Positions 1 through 9,224 are shown, numbered from the stretch's first letter. The stretch is 64,000 bases of DNA from Bacteroidota bacterium (GCA_947479085.1 CANJYB010000013.1:36632-100631), one strand, 5' to 3'. Notes: generated by a model from the sequence alone, not told the origin. Numbers and translations: made by a program.

Positions 1-590
1 AAAAAATTTCCAAGAACAATATAACTATATGATGAATCGGCAATAAATGAACCAGCTATTCTTGTCCAATTCAAGGTATCAGTAATTATAGAATCACTAA
101 ATATCTGAGGATTATTTGTTATCGGTGCAGGATTAAAAATTGTATATGGGATAGTTGAAAACATTGCCCCAATTTTATTTGTGGCGCAATTTGTTGATAA
201 ACTGAAATCAACGCTTAATGCCACTTTTAAAGATACAAAATATTTTGTACCTATGGAAAGCTGAGAAGAAAGCATACTTCCAAGGAATTCTCTAGAATTT
301 GGACCAGTACTTGCATATGTTGCAAAAGCGCAATATGCGTTACCACTAGCTGCAATCTGGTAACCTCCCCAATTATTTGGCACAGACATATAAGAGGAAC
401 ACGAGTTCATATAATCAGGCGATCCTTTATAACTTGACCAATGAGTGCACTTATTTAATTCATTTGCCCCTATGGGGCAATTAATGGTGTCCTCGAAACT
501 TGGATTCATCACTATATTTATTTGCCCGTAACTTATTTTTCCTATAAATAGCAACATAAAAGGAAGAATTTTTCTTAATAATTGTTTCAT
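1..590 (-). CDS. secreted protein, N-terminal part only (the rest lies beyond the window start); paralog of 3561..4532
   Basis: Manual minus-strand translation from ATG at 590..588 gives MKQLLRKILPFMLLFIGKISYGQINIVMNPSFEDTINCPIGANELNKCTHWSSYKGS... and stays open to position 1. It shares the NPSFED...W.SY..SPDY pattern with ORF 3561..4532. Confidence 0.6.
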   Translation of the reverse strand, partial: MKQLLRKILPFMLLFIGKISYGQINIVMNPSFEDTINCPIGANELNKCTHWSSYKGSPDYMNSCSSYMSVPNNWGGYQIAASGNAYCAFATYASTGPNSREFLGSMLSSQLSIGTKYFVSLKVALSVDFSLSTNCATNKIGAMFSTIPYTIFNPAPITNNPQIFSDSIITDTLNWTRIAGSFIADSSYSYIVLGNF

Positions 591-918
591 TGCAATGGAA
601 TTAGTAAAAATAAATAAATGCCAACAGCACCATTAATAAAAGACCTAAAAGGGGTTTTTAATCTTTTATTAAACTTTTGATGCAGCTAAATTAAACTATT
701 AATAAGTAGAAACCTAATTTATTATTTGTTATCCTCTCCCCGCCTTTTTAGTTCATCTCTAATCTAAATTTCCTTCCCAAGTTTTGCTTACATTTTAGCA
801 AATAAAAAACTATCCAAATTAGTTTATGTTAAATGGCAGCAAAGGCAAAAAAGAGAGAAAACGGGATAAGAGGTTATAATTAGGGAAAAGGGGTAAGTTT
901 TTTTTGGAGAGAGGAAAT

Positions 919-958
919 AAAAAAAGCGCTCAGGGTTTTTAAACCCTGAACGCTTTTT
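919..958 (-). terminator. rho-independent terminator downstream of 994..3558
   Basis: Hairpin AGCGCTCAGGG-8 nt loop-CCCTGAACGCT with one mismatch. It is flanked by a 7-A run, which reads as a U-run on the minus strand, just after the stop at 994. Confidence 0.6.
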
Positions 959-993
959 GTCTTACTACTTTGTACTCGGTACTTTATACTCTT

Positions 994-3558
994 TTATTGT
1001 TTCACCATTTTCTTTGTTTCAAATATTTTTCCATCTACCACTAAAGTATAAGTATAAAGCCCGTTTGTTAAATCCTGTGCAAATACATTCAATTGCCCTT
1101 TTCCTCTTTGAGTAAGTTCAACCGATTGAATTAATTTACCACCTGCATTGTAAAATAGCATTTGTGCCTTGTTTACATCATCTGGTAAAAAATAACCAAT
1201 GGTAGTTTGCTCTGCAAAAGGGTTAGGAGAATTTTGATCCAAAATAATACTTTGCCCATCTGTTAGTTTTACATCCGTTTGCGATGTAGTATTGTTTTTA
1301 TTGCCATCATTATTATTCCCATTGCCTCCATTATTATTCATTTGTTGCGGAGAGTGATTTCTGTTGCAGCATTCGTTAATCAAATCACTTAAAGTGTTTA
1401 ATTGAGATTGCACAGCAGAGTTATTTGCTTTTAAACTATCCACTTGGTTTTGTAATGATGTGTTGATCGAATCTTGTTTTGTATTAACAGTTTTTAGGCT
1501 ATCCATTGATTTTGTTTGCTCTTGAATACCTTTTGTTAGAAGGGCAATAAATTCCAAATAATTTAAACCTATAAAACTTACACCTGGAGTTATTACATTT
1601 CCAACCGAATCAACAATCGCAGGTTTTTTAGATGACATAACCAGTTCCGGCAAAATTTGCTGAACATCCTGAGCTATAAATCCATATTGTTTCTTGCTTG
1701 AAAAATTTAATCCATATTGATTTAATGTGTCCATATAGAAAGTTCTTGGCTTTAGTTTTTTTATTATTTCTAAAGACCCGGTTATTGAATCAATATCTGT
1801 TTTAAATTGTTGATCAGAGATCCATACACCAAAAGTATTCCAACAGTTACCGTTTATATTTACATCTCCATCAAAATAGCCAGCCCACCTGTTTCCCATT
1901 GTTAGAGGGGTATTCACTGAAGTTGGATTACAGTTTCCATATATTGCTACGTCAACAGCGGCAGGAAAAGCAAAAGGGGGTAATCCTGGATAAACTACTG
2001 AATAGACACCGAAATTTTGCATTCCACCTGTATTCATTGGTGCTGGGGAAACTCCCTGAACTTCTGCTTTAACACCATAGTTGGTATATCCTCCTGGAGT
2101 GGGCGATTGTGCCATAAAATGACCACCCATATTATTATTACCCACTGCCCCATCGGCATTCCCTGTTACACCAATATTATTACCTGCACAGTTCCATGCT
2201 GTGAAAGACCCTCCAATATTATTATACGTTGCATTTTTAACATAGGATTGCGCAAATACTCCATAATAACTACTCATAGCTGTAGAATTTGCACCATTTG
2301 TAATAAACTGACCTGCAATATTAGCAGGAGATAAGGGCGGAACAGCAGCAGGCATAAGTGTTGCATCATTACTTACGTCTAACTTGGCCTGAGGACCTGC
2401 TGCCACACCTGATAGACCTATACCTACTCTTATACTATCTCCTCCAAGTATCATGGAATAATCTTTTGTAGCTATTGCATTAAAACCTATTGCAGTAGCC
2501 TGTGTAAGGCTGGTAGAAACATCCGCTAAAGTTCCAATAAATGTATTAAAACTTCCTGCCGTATTTGTAGTTCCTGCTTTTTCTCCTACAGCAACATTAT
2601 TGTGCCCTTTGCTGCTATAACCAGCTGCATGCCCAACATATACATTCTTATTTCCTGTACTATTAGTAAAGCCTGTTTCTTCTCCAATAAAAGTATTTTG
2701 ATTCCCAGTTGTATTATTCATCCCGGTACTTTCACCCATAAAACTATTTTCCGTTCCAGTGTTGTTTACTCCAGTTTGACTTCCAATAAAAGTATTTTGA
2801 TCTCCGGTAGATAATCGCCCTGCCCGGTATCCAACAAATGTATTAAAGTCATTTGTACTATTTGAAGTTCCTGCCTGATAACCAGTAAAAGTATTATTAC
2901 TACCCGTTGAATTAGCTACACCCGACTGATAACCTGAAAAAGTATTATTACTTCCGGTTTTATTAACTTTTCCAGATTCATATCCTGTAAAAGTATTATT
3001 GTCCCCTGTTGTACTTCCGCTAACTCCAAAACCTGCCCTATAACCGGCAAAAGTATTACCTGTGCCCGTTGTGTTATAAAGTCCGGATTGAAAGCCTGTA
3101 AAAGTATTATTATCCGCAGTAGTATTTGACCCCCCAGCTTGCATTCCCAAAAAGGTATTTTGGTTTCCTGTTGTATTTACCAAGCCTGACCCCGAACCCA
3201 TAAAAGTATTGTAAGTTCCGAATGTTAATCCATTTCCGGCATGGTCGCCAAACAATGAATTATCTGTGCCAGACGCAGTAGCATTAAAACTGTAATAACC
3301 AAAAGTGGTGTTTTTGTTACCGCTTTGGTCAAGTTGACCGGAAGGGGTGCCGCCAAGTTTAAAATTGATGTTTTGATTACCCTTATGTTCGATATTGAGG
3401 GGGTAAGTTGTTGCATTATCCCATCCACACCAATAGCCGAGTGACAAGCCAGCATGTCCAGTACCCGGTGCTGCAAGATCTGATTGTGAAAATAAATTGT
3501 AATGAGAGCTTACTATCATAAGTAGGCTCATTATTATTATTTGTTTTAATTTTTTCAT
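994..3558 (-). CDS. fibre/adhesin-like protein: signal peptide, about 18 YadA-head-like 14-15-aa repeats, peptidase S74 (intramolecular chaperone) domain, coiled coil, T9SS C-terminal sorting domain
   Basis: 854-aa ORF. NNTF(T/S)GYxxGxxNxTG repeats span roughly residues 85-345. Residues 581-685 read SDQQFKTDIDSI...KKQYGFIAQDVQQILPELV, which resembles tail-fibre S74 domains. The C-terminus NSPNPFAEQTTIGYF...LYTYTLVVDGKIFETKKMVKQ resembles a type-A T9SS CTD. Confidence 0.75.
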   Translation of the reverse strand: MKKLKQIIIMSLLMIVSSHYNLFSQSDLAAPGTGHAGLSLGYWCGWDNATTYPLNIEHKGNQNINFKLGGTPSGQLDQSGNKNTTFGYYSFNATASGTDNSLFGDHAGNGLTFGTYNTFMGSGSGLVNTTGNQNTFLGMQAGGSNTTADNNTFTGFQSGLYNTTGTGNTFAGYRAGFGVSGSTTGDNNTFTGYESGKVNKTGSNNTFSGYQSGVANSTGSNNTFTGYQAGTSNSTNDFNTFVGYRAGRLSTGDQNTFIGSQTGVNNTGTENSFMGESTGMNNTTGNQNTFIGEETGFTNSTGNKNVYVGHAAGYSSKGHNNVAVGEKAGTTNTAGSFNTFIGTLADVSTSLTQATAIGFNAIATKDYSMILGGDSIRVGIGLSGVAAGPQAKLDVSNDATLMPAAVPPLSPANIAGQFITNGANSTAMSSYYGVFAQSYVKNATYNNIGGSFTAWNCAGNNIGVTGNADGAVGNNNMGGHFMAQSPTPGGYTNYGVKAEVQGVSPAPMNTGGMQNFGVYSVVYPGLPPFAFPAAVDVAIYGNCNPTSVNTPLTMGNRWAGYFDGDVNINGNCWNTFGVWISDQQFKTDIDSITGSLEIIKKLKPRTFYMDTLNQYGLNFSSKKQYGFIAQDVQQILPELVMSSKKPAIVDSVGNVITPGVSFIGLNYLEFIALLTKGIQEQTKSMDSLKTVNTKQDSINTSLQNQVDSLKANNSAVQSQLNTLSDLINECCNRNHSPQQMNNNGGNGNNNDGNKNNTTSQTDVKLTDGQSIILDQNSPNPFAEQTTIGYFLPDDVNKAQMLFYNAGGKLIQSVELTQRGKGQLNVFAQDLTNGLYTYTLVVDGKIFETKKMVKQ

Positions 3559-3560
3559 AA

Positions 3561-4532
3561 TTATTGTTTTATAAATTTATAGTTAAATAATTTTTCTTTA
3601 TATAAAATTTGTAATATTAAGATGCCATCCGGATAATTAGAAATATCAATACTTAAATGGCTTGTATTGATATTTTCAGTTCGAAAAAGTGTTTGCCCAT
3701 ATATATTATAAACTGATAAATTAAACTTTCCCGTTAATTCAGGAAAATTTATTGATATATAATTAGAAGCAGGATTAGGGCTAATTATTATAATAGGATT
3801 TTCATTAATTTCATTTATTCCTACATAATTATATGTAAATGCAGAATCTGTGCTTACACAAATATCATCTATATAATAATAAGCTATATTTAATGTCGAA
3901 TTCATAAATTTTAATGTATCAGTATGAGTACTATCAAAAAAATTACCGAGCATTACATAATCATATGTTGAATCAGCGATAAAAGAACCAAATATTCTTG
4001 TCCAATTAAGAGTATCGGTAATAATAGTTGTGGAATATACTTTTGCACTATTAGTAATCGATGCAGGATTGAAAATACTAAATGGGGCAGTTGAAAAGTT
4101 AATCCCTATTTTATTTGTTGCATAATTTGATGGACAGGTTGTGCTGAGACTTAAAGCAATTTTAAATGAAGCAAAATATTTAGTTCCTATATTCAGGGGC
4201 GTTGAAAGTTGCCCTCCAATAATTTCCCTGTAATTAGGTGCTAGGCTCCAATATGTAATAAAACCTGCATAAGCATTACCGCTTGCTGCTTGTTGATACC
4301 CTCCAAAATTAATTGGCACAGAAGCCCCAAATGCACTTGGAGTGCAACAGGAATTAAAGTAATCGGGAGATGCACTATAACTGCTCCAATCAGTTGAATA
4401 ATTCATGTGGTCTGAACCTGGTGGGCAATGAACTGTATCCTCAAATGAAGGATTAGGAACAAGGTTAGTTTGTGCCATTAAAGTAATGAGAGATAAAACA
4501 AAACAGTAGGCAAGAATGAACTTTCTTTTCAT
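3561..4532 (-). CDS. secreted T9SS cargo protein of unknown function
   Basis: 323-aa ORF with a signal peptide (MKRKFILAYCFVLSLITLMAQ). C-terminus SPNPASNYISINF...ILILQILYKEKLFNYKFIKQ looks like a T9SS CTD. Only a 2-nt gap separates it from the downstream ORF 994..3558. Confidence 0.65.
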   Translation of the reverse strand: MKRKFILAYCFVLSLITLMAQTNLVPNPSFEDTVHCPPGSDHMNYSTDWSSYSASPDYFNSCCTPSAFGASVPINFGGYQQAASGNAYAGFITYWSLAPNYREIIGGQLSTPLNIGTKYFASFKIALSLSTTCPSNYATNKIGINFSTAPFSIFNPASITNSAKVYSTTIITDTLNWTRIFGSFIADSTYDYVMLGNFFDSTHTDTLKFMNSTLNIAYYYIDDICVSTDSAFTYNYVGINEINENPIIIISPNPASNYISINFPELTGKFNLSVYNIYGQTLFRTENINTSHLSIDISNYPDGILILQILYKEKLFNYKFIKQ

Positions 4533-4915
4533 GGTATTTATTTTTTTTTGTTTGAATAAAAGATTGTAACGCTATTTTTTTTGCCTCCTGTATCGGTTAA
4601 CTGATAGTAAGGAGGATGGGTTTCTTTTTTTGTCTTTTCTTTCCAAAGACCAATAATAGCAGAGGTAAGGAAGGTAAGCTTAAGAAACTTGAGAAGGATA
4701 AAACAAATAAAATAAGATGTGCAGGAGCAATAGAAATGGAATCATTAAAAACGAATAGAGTAAGTATTATTTTTATGAAATGATTCATGTTAAAGAATAT
4801 TTGGTTATGCAAGGATAGTTTAAATAAATTAGAAATGCAAGGAATGAGAAGGAATTAACAAATGCACAAAGTAAAGAAAAGTGAGTGGCTGAATAAATTA
4901 ATAACAATGCATTTT

Positions 4916-5133
4916 GGCGGGCGGCCACTTAATCATTGGTACAGGTGAAACAAGTCTGCACCTGTCAGGTTATGTACTTTTAAGAAACATACTGAAAGGT
5001 TATTAAAAGCCTTACCGCATCAACCTGCGCCCGATTGCAGTGAAAAGCCCGAAGTGTGTTGGCTTTTTGCGCAGCCGGACTTGTAACGGAAAGCGGGAGG
5101 ACAGTTAATGAAAAGGCAGAAACTGCCCGCCCG
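4916..5133. other. GC-rich intergenic island of nested hairpins (candidate structured RNA, family unknown)
   Basis: A 7-bp GC closing stem (GGCGGGC at 4916-4922 with GCCCGCC at 5125-5131) encloses several helices. These are ACAGGTG/CACCTGT (4941-4965), CTGCGC/GCGCAG (5025-5074), and inside that AAAAGCC/GGCTTTT (5043-5067). By eye the island is far more GC-rich than its flanks. Confidence 0.25.
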
Positions 5134-5168
5134 AATAATTGTAGTTCTTTTTATTTATCCGTTTAAAA

Positions 5169-8036
5169 TTATTGCTTCACCACACTTTGTTTCCACAATA
5201 CATCAGCATTCTCGCCCACCAACCTTACAAAATAAACTCCGTTTTCAAATTCTTCCAGGTTTATTTTCAAAGAAGATTTCCCTCCCGGCAGGGTATATTT
5301 TTGCTGAACTATTTTATGGCTCAATACATCATATAATTCCAAAGTCACATTTCCTTTTAAGGAAGCCACATCCAGTATAAATTCGTTTTGAGCAGGGTTA
5401 GGGTATCCTTTTATAGTGCCGGAAAGCATATCGGAAACACCCGTAACAGTAGTAATGGTGGCTGTAACCGGCACGCGGGGACTGGTGCAGACCACAGGTG
5501 CAGCCTGAACCACCCAGTCGTAAAAATAATAGTAATACGGAAGTCCCTGGCTGGAGCCGGTTATAGAGAGTTCGTTATTGATGGTATAAGGGTAGGCTGC
5601 ACTGCTGTTGCTTCTCCATAAGTAAGGGTTAATGTTATTGTTCCCGAAATTAGCTGCATTTACAGAATCGTTGGTGGTAAGCCTGAAGGTGGTGCCGGGA
5701 GTTAACGGCCAGTTAAGGCTTACCACAGTGGTGTCTGCCGGCAGGTTGATTAACAGGGAATGAAGCACTGTACCCGAATTATCTCTTAATTCAATTTTAC
5801 GAACGCCAACAGAATCGGTATATACCTTTACACTCTGCAAGGTACAAGGCACCAACACATCAAAAAACATTTGCCCGTTGGTAAGGTAATCGTTGTAAAA
5901 ATTAGACCCAATATGATAAGGTTGCCCCACATTAGCCACAGCACCAGAATAGGTAGTGGTGGCATCCACATAATAATCAGTGGTGGTATTGATAACGGGT
6001 GTGGTGTAAGTAGTTCCGGTGGTTAACAATGTTCCGCCCGAAATGGAATCGTACCAGGAAAGCGCTCCGGGTGCGCTTGCATATAATGTCAGGGAAGTTG
6101 GGCCTGTTCCGGTAGCTCCTGTACCAACGGGTGCAGGGTTGGAAAGAACATTTACAGAATCAGGTGCAGAAGTATAGTTTCCGCAAATGCCTGTTATAGT
6201 AACAATGTAAGTTCCTGTTTCGGGAGGATGAATGGATGCGGTGGTGGCGGTAAAGTTGTTGGGCCCTGTCCATAAGTAAGCGGAAGCAGGGCTGCTGGTT
6301 AAGGTCACTGTTCCTTCGCAAGGCAATGAAGTGCCGGTAGTGGTCACCAATGGTGTTTCGTTGGATGGAGGGATGACATGTACAGTAGGCGAAATATTGC
6401 TGCAACCTGCGGCATTGGTAACTTTCACGTTGTAATACCCCACTGCTGAAACATTGATGGATGGGGTAGTAGCCCCGTTAGACCATAAATAAGAACTGAA
6501 TCCGGGAGGTGCAGTAAGGGTTCGCGTTTGCCCGGTACATAATACAAATGGCCCTTGTATAATATTGCCGGTGATGGTGCAACCGCCTTCCACAGCGGTA
6601 ACAAACTGGTCGGCCTGTAAATTATAAAAGTAAGAATGTAAATGAGAAGGCCAGTCGATGCGGGCCGAATCAATGGTGGTATTGGTTCCTAATCCAAAGT
6701 GCATTTGCATGGAATTGGAAGTTCCGTAACTATCACCCGCATGTATTTCCCTTATCTGTTTTCCCCATGCACCGTAAATAGTAATTCGCGCCCCGATGGC
6801 ATTGGAATCGCTGACAGTTCCTATCAAATCGAACGTGATAAAATGATTGTTATTAACGGTGGAATTGAGATACAATATATCCGGATTATTAGTGGGATTA
6901 TTATAGGCCTGCCCGTAGGAAGTATACATATCTGTTTTACCGTCATGGTTCAAATCGCCTGTGGCAAAGGAAAGCATGCCGTAATTAACAGCAGCATTAC
7001 CGGAAACTAAAGAAAATGTTCCGTTACCATTATTATGATAAAAATACATCATATAACCTGAAACTAAAATATCCAGGAAACCATCGTTATCAAAATCCTC
7101 CACAGTTGATTCGAGTGGGTCTGCAAAAACATTAAAGCCGGTCATACCTGTAATGTCAGTATAATGACCTGTTCCGTCATTCTGCAAAATCTGGCTGGGC
7201 TCCCCATGGTTGGTTTTTACTATATCCAAATCACCATCGTTATCCAAATCGCCAAAACTGGTGGTCCAGGTTTGTTTATAATCAAAAGTTTCTATTCCAT
7301 AAGCTCCTGCCTGGTCGGTATACACATTGCTTCCATTATTTACAAACAGCCTGTCCTTTCTTCGAAGGTCGCCATTACTGTTTACTCCTTGCCGGCAATG
7401 CGCTACATACATATCCAGATCCCCATCATTATCAAAGTCGGTCCATACACTTCCGTAATTTCCTGAATCGTAACCACTGTATATATTAGTAACCATAAGC
7501 GAAAAATCGAAGTTTAAAACACCTGCGGTATTTCTGTACACCTTCGGAAAGTCGTCATCATCGCAAACAAATAAATCTACCCAACCATCATTATTAAAAT
7601 CTCCGAAAGTAATGTTCTGCACAAAGTAACTTCCACCAAGAATAACGGAAGAATAAGTAACCATGCCCCCGTTTGAAAAAAGTTTCACCAGGAAAATTGC
7701 TCCATAGCCTCCCACCGCCACATCTTTCCATCCATTGTGGTCCACATCAGCAGCCGACATTCCCCAGGCACCGATATAACTTCCCAACGAATCGCGGGTA
7801 TAAGTACCATCCTGCTGTTGAAGTTGGAGAATTAAAAAATAACCCTGATCCATTATTAACATATCGTCCAGCCCGTCATTGTTAACATCCACCACGGTAA
7901 CGGCATTGCCACTATAGGTTAAAAAAGGTAATGAAGAATTGGAGTTGGTAAATGTGAATTGAGCTTGCGCAGAAGCTGATAACAGCAAAGTAGCTGCAAC
8001 TAAAATCAGCGAACGGGTAAGAGTAATTTTTTTCAT
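5169..8036 (-). CDS. FG-GAP/VCBS-repeat (ASPIC/UnbV, CRTAC1-like) protein with Ig-like region and T9SS C-terminal domain
   Basis: 955 aa with a signal peptide. Repeated DxNxDGxxD motifs are present (DVNNDGLDDMLI, DFNNDGWVDLFV, DFDNDGDLDMYV, DLDNDGDLDIV). There is an UnbV-like segment NAIGARITIYGAWGKQIREIHAGDSYGTSNS. C-terminus GYPNPAQNEFILDV...VYFVRLVGEN looks like a T9SS CTD. Confidence 0.75.
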   Translation of the reverse strand: MKKITLTRSLILVAATLLLSASAQAQFTFTNSNSSLPFLTYSGNAVTVVDVNNDGLDDMLIMDQGYFLILQLQQQDGTYTRDSLGSYIGAWGMSAADVDHNGWKDVAVGGYGAIFLVKLFSNGGMVTYSSVILGGSYFVQNITFGDFNNDGWVDLFVCDDDDFPKVYRNTAGVLNFDFSLMVTNIYSGYDSGNYGSVWTDFDNDGDLDMYVAHCRQGVNSNGDLRRKDRLFVNNGSNVYTDQAGAYGIETFDYKQTWTTSFGDLDNDGDLDIVKTNHGEPSQILQNDGTGHYTDITGMTGFNVFADPLESTVEDFDNDGFLDILVSGYMMYFYHNNGNGTFSLVSGNAAVNYGMLSFATGDLNHDGKTDMYTSYGQAYNNPTNNPDILYLNSTVNNNHFITFDLIGTVSDSNAIGARITIYGAWGKQIREIHAGDSYGTSNSMQMHFGLGTNTTIDSARIDWPSHLHSYFYNLQADQFVTAVEGGCTITGNIIQGPFVLCTGQTRTLTAPPGFSSYLWSNGATTPSINVSAVGYYNVKVTNAAGCSNISPTVHVIPPSNETPLVTTTGTSLPCEGTVTLTSSPASAYLWTGPNNFTATTASIHPPETGTYIVTITGICGNYTSAPDSVNVLSNPAPVGTGATGTGPTSLTLYASAPGALSWYDSISGGTLLTTGTTYTTPVINTTTDYYVDATTTYSGAVANVGQPYHIGSNFYNDYLTNGQMFFDVLVPCTLQSVKVYTDSVGVRKIELRDNSGTVLHSLLINLPADTTVVSLNWPLTPGTTFRLTTNDSVNAANFGNNNINPYLWRSNSSAAYPYTINNELSITGSSQGLPYYYYFYDWVVQAAPVVCTSPRVPVTATITTVTGVSDMLSGTIKGYPNPAQNEFILDVASLKGNVTLELYDVLSHKIVQQKYTLPGGKSSLKINLEEFENGVYFVRLVGENADVLWKQSVVKQ

Positions 8037-8077
8037 TTATTATATGGTTTTAAGTTCAAATCACGACACCTTTTTCT

Positions 8078-8198
8078 AAACGCCTCACCCCCGGCCCCTC
8101 TCCAAAGGAGAGGGGTGACTATGTGTAAAGTGGGGTATTTAATTATCTCACCTAACACCCCCTCTCTTTTGGAGAGGGGATTAAGGGGTGAGGCGTTT
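8078..8198. repeat. 121-bp GC-rich palindromic element: a 14-bp terminal inverted repeat enclosing two CCCCTCT/AGAGGGG hairpins
   Basis: AAACGCCTCACCCC (8078-8091) is the exact reverse complement of GGGGTGAGGCGTTT (8185-8198). Inner hairpins are CCCCTCTCC-AAA-GGAGAGGGG (8095-8115) and CCCCTCTC-loop-GAGAGGGG (8159-8179). Confidence 0.8.
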
Positions 8199-8317
8199 TA
8201 AAAAAGGATTTTATTCATCAGATATTTTTTAATTTTTATTTTATTTAAGTTCCTTTATTAAGTAGATGTTATAAATGGGATTTTGGTTGCACCAAAAATA
8301 AAGCAAAAAGAAAGTTT

Positions 8318-9172
8318 TTAATTTTTATATTTTCCAAAAACTTTCAAAAGGTGAATAATTTGGTCCGACTGCATAAAGTCGAGGCTTTTGTAAATGGCAT
8401 CCGTGTTTTCCTTGTCCTTCTGCAAATTCCAAATGGTAACCCTTATTCCGTTTTCGTGCGCCAGCTTTACCTGTTCGGTAGTAATTTTTTCATTGTCAAT
8501 GGTAATACCAAAAAGGTTCATTTTGCGGGCTATTGCCAGGCCTTCTTCAAACGAAGAAGGATAGATAAAGGAGCGAACAAGGCTGTCTTTGTTTTTAAGA
8601 ATTCTCAAAAAAGTAGTATCCTGGCTTTCCACCATTACCTTTTCATAAGATAAAGAATGGTTATTTTTAAAATTGATGATTGCATTGGCAAACTGGCTTT
8701 TATAAGCATTGGCATCCGGTGCAGAAGTATATAATTTGCAATCAAAAGTAAAAACGCGGTCAGCAGGATTATTCAACCGGGAAAATAAATCATTAACAGA
8801 AACTATACTAATGGTGGATGAAAAAGGGTTAGCATAATGACATCCCCATACATTCTGCCACAAAACATCGTTAATAGTACCGCTACATAAGGAGGATTCG
8901 TTAAGGTTGGAATTATGAAAAGCGACTAACACACTATCTTTTGATAATTGCACATCCAGCTCCGTTCCATCTGCCCCAATCCGCAGGCAAGGTTCAACAG
9001 ATTAGTAAGAGTTAATGGGATATTTAAACCCTATTCCCATTCCGGCATTTCCATAACAGGAAATTTTATTCCCGTTCAGGTTATCAATTACAAACAAAGG
9101 AACATCCCTTTTGCATGCAGAGAAGAGAACAGAGATAATTACGAAGAAAAAGAATACTTTAAAAAATTTCAT
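8318..9172 (-). pseudogene. glycerophosphodiester phosphodiesterase (GDPD)-like lipoprotein gene interrupted by an in-frame TAA
   Basis: ATG at 9172 gives MKFFKVFFFFVIISVLFSAC (lipobox) ...GMGIGFKYPINSY. A TAA follows at 9004..9002. The same frame then continues SVEPCLRIGADGTELDVQLSKDSVLVAFHN... into the tracked ORF 8318..8953. C-terminal HENGIRVTIWN resembles GDPD. Confidence 0.6.
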
Positions 9173-9212
9173 CGGGCTAAATTAATATTTTAGTTTTACT
9201 TTCTCCAAGCTT

Positions 9213-9220
9213 TATCTTTG
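9213..9220 (+). promoter_or_regulatory. Bacteroidota -7 box (TATCTTTG) for nth
   Basis: Matches TAnnTTTG and ends 4 nt before the ATG at 9225. Confidence 0.45.
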
Positions 9221-9224
9221 TACC

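Noticed and set aside
4916-5133. Assignment of the GC island to RNase P, tmRNA, SRP RNA, or a cobalamin/TPP/c-di-GMP riboswitch
   Set aside because: I could not find the diagnostic conserved strings: GGAAAGTCCGG-type P4, a tag ORF plus tRNA-like end, GGAAGCAGC, the B12 box, or the CTGAGA...ACCTGA pair. It stays unassigned.
4597-5380. ORFs 4597..4812 (-) (71 aa) and 5108..5380 (+) (90 aa)
   Set aside because: The first is a low-complexity hydrophobic ORF with no recognisable motif in a promoter-like AT-rich gap. The second is antisense to the 3' end of the 955-aa gene and starts inside the GC-rich island.
2017-7885. Many 60-105-aa ORFs antisense to or out of frame within the 854-aa and 955-aa genes
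   Set aside because: They are embedded in long ORFs with clear domain content and have skewed, low-complexity translations.
8948-9193. 81-aa plus-strand ORF
   Set aside because: It is antisense to the signal-peptide and N-terminal part of the GDPD-like gene, whose frame is continuous with the downstream ORF apart from one TAA.
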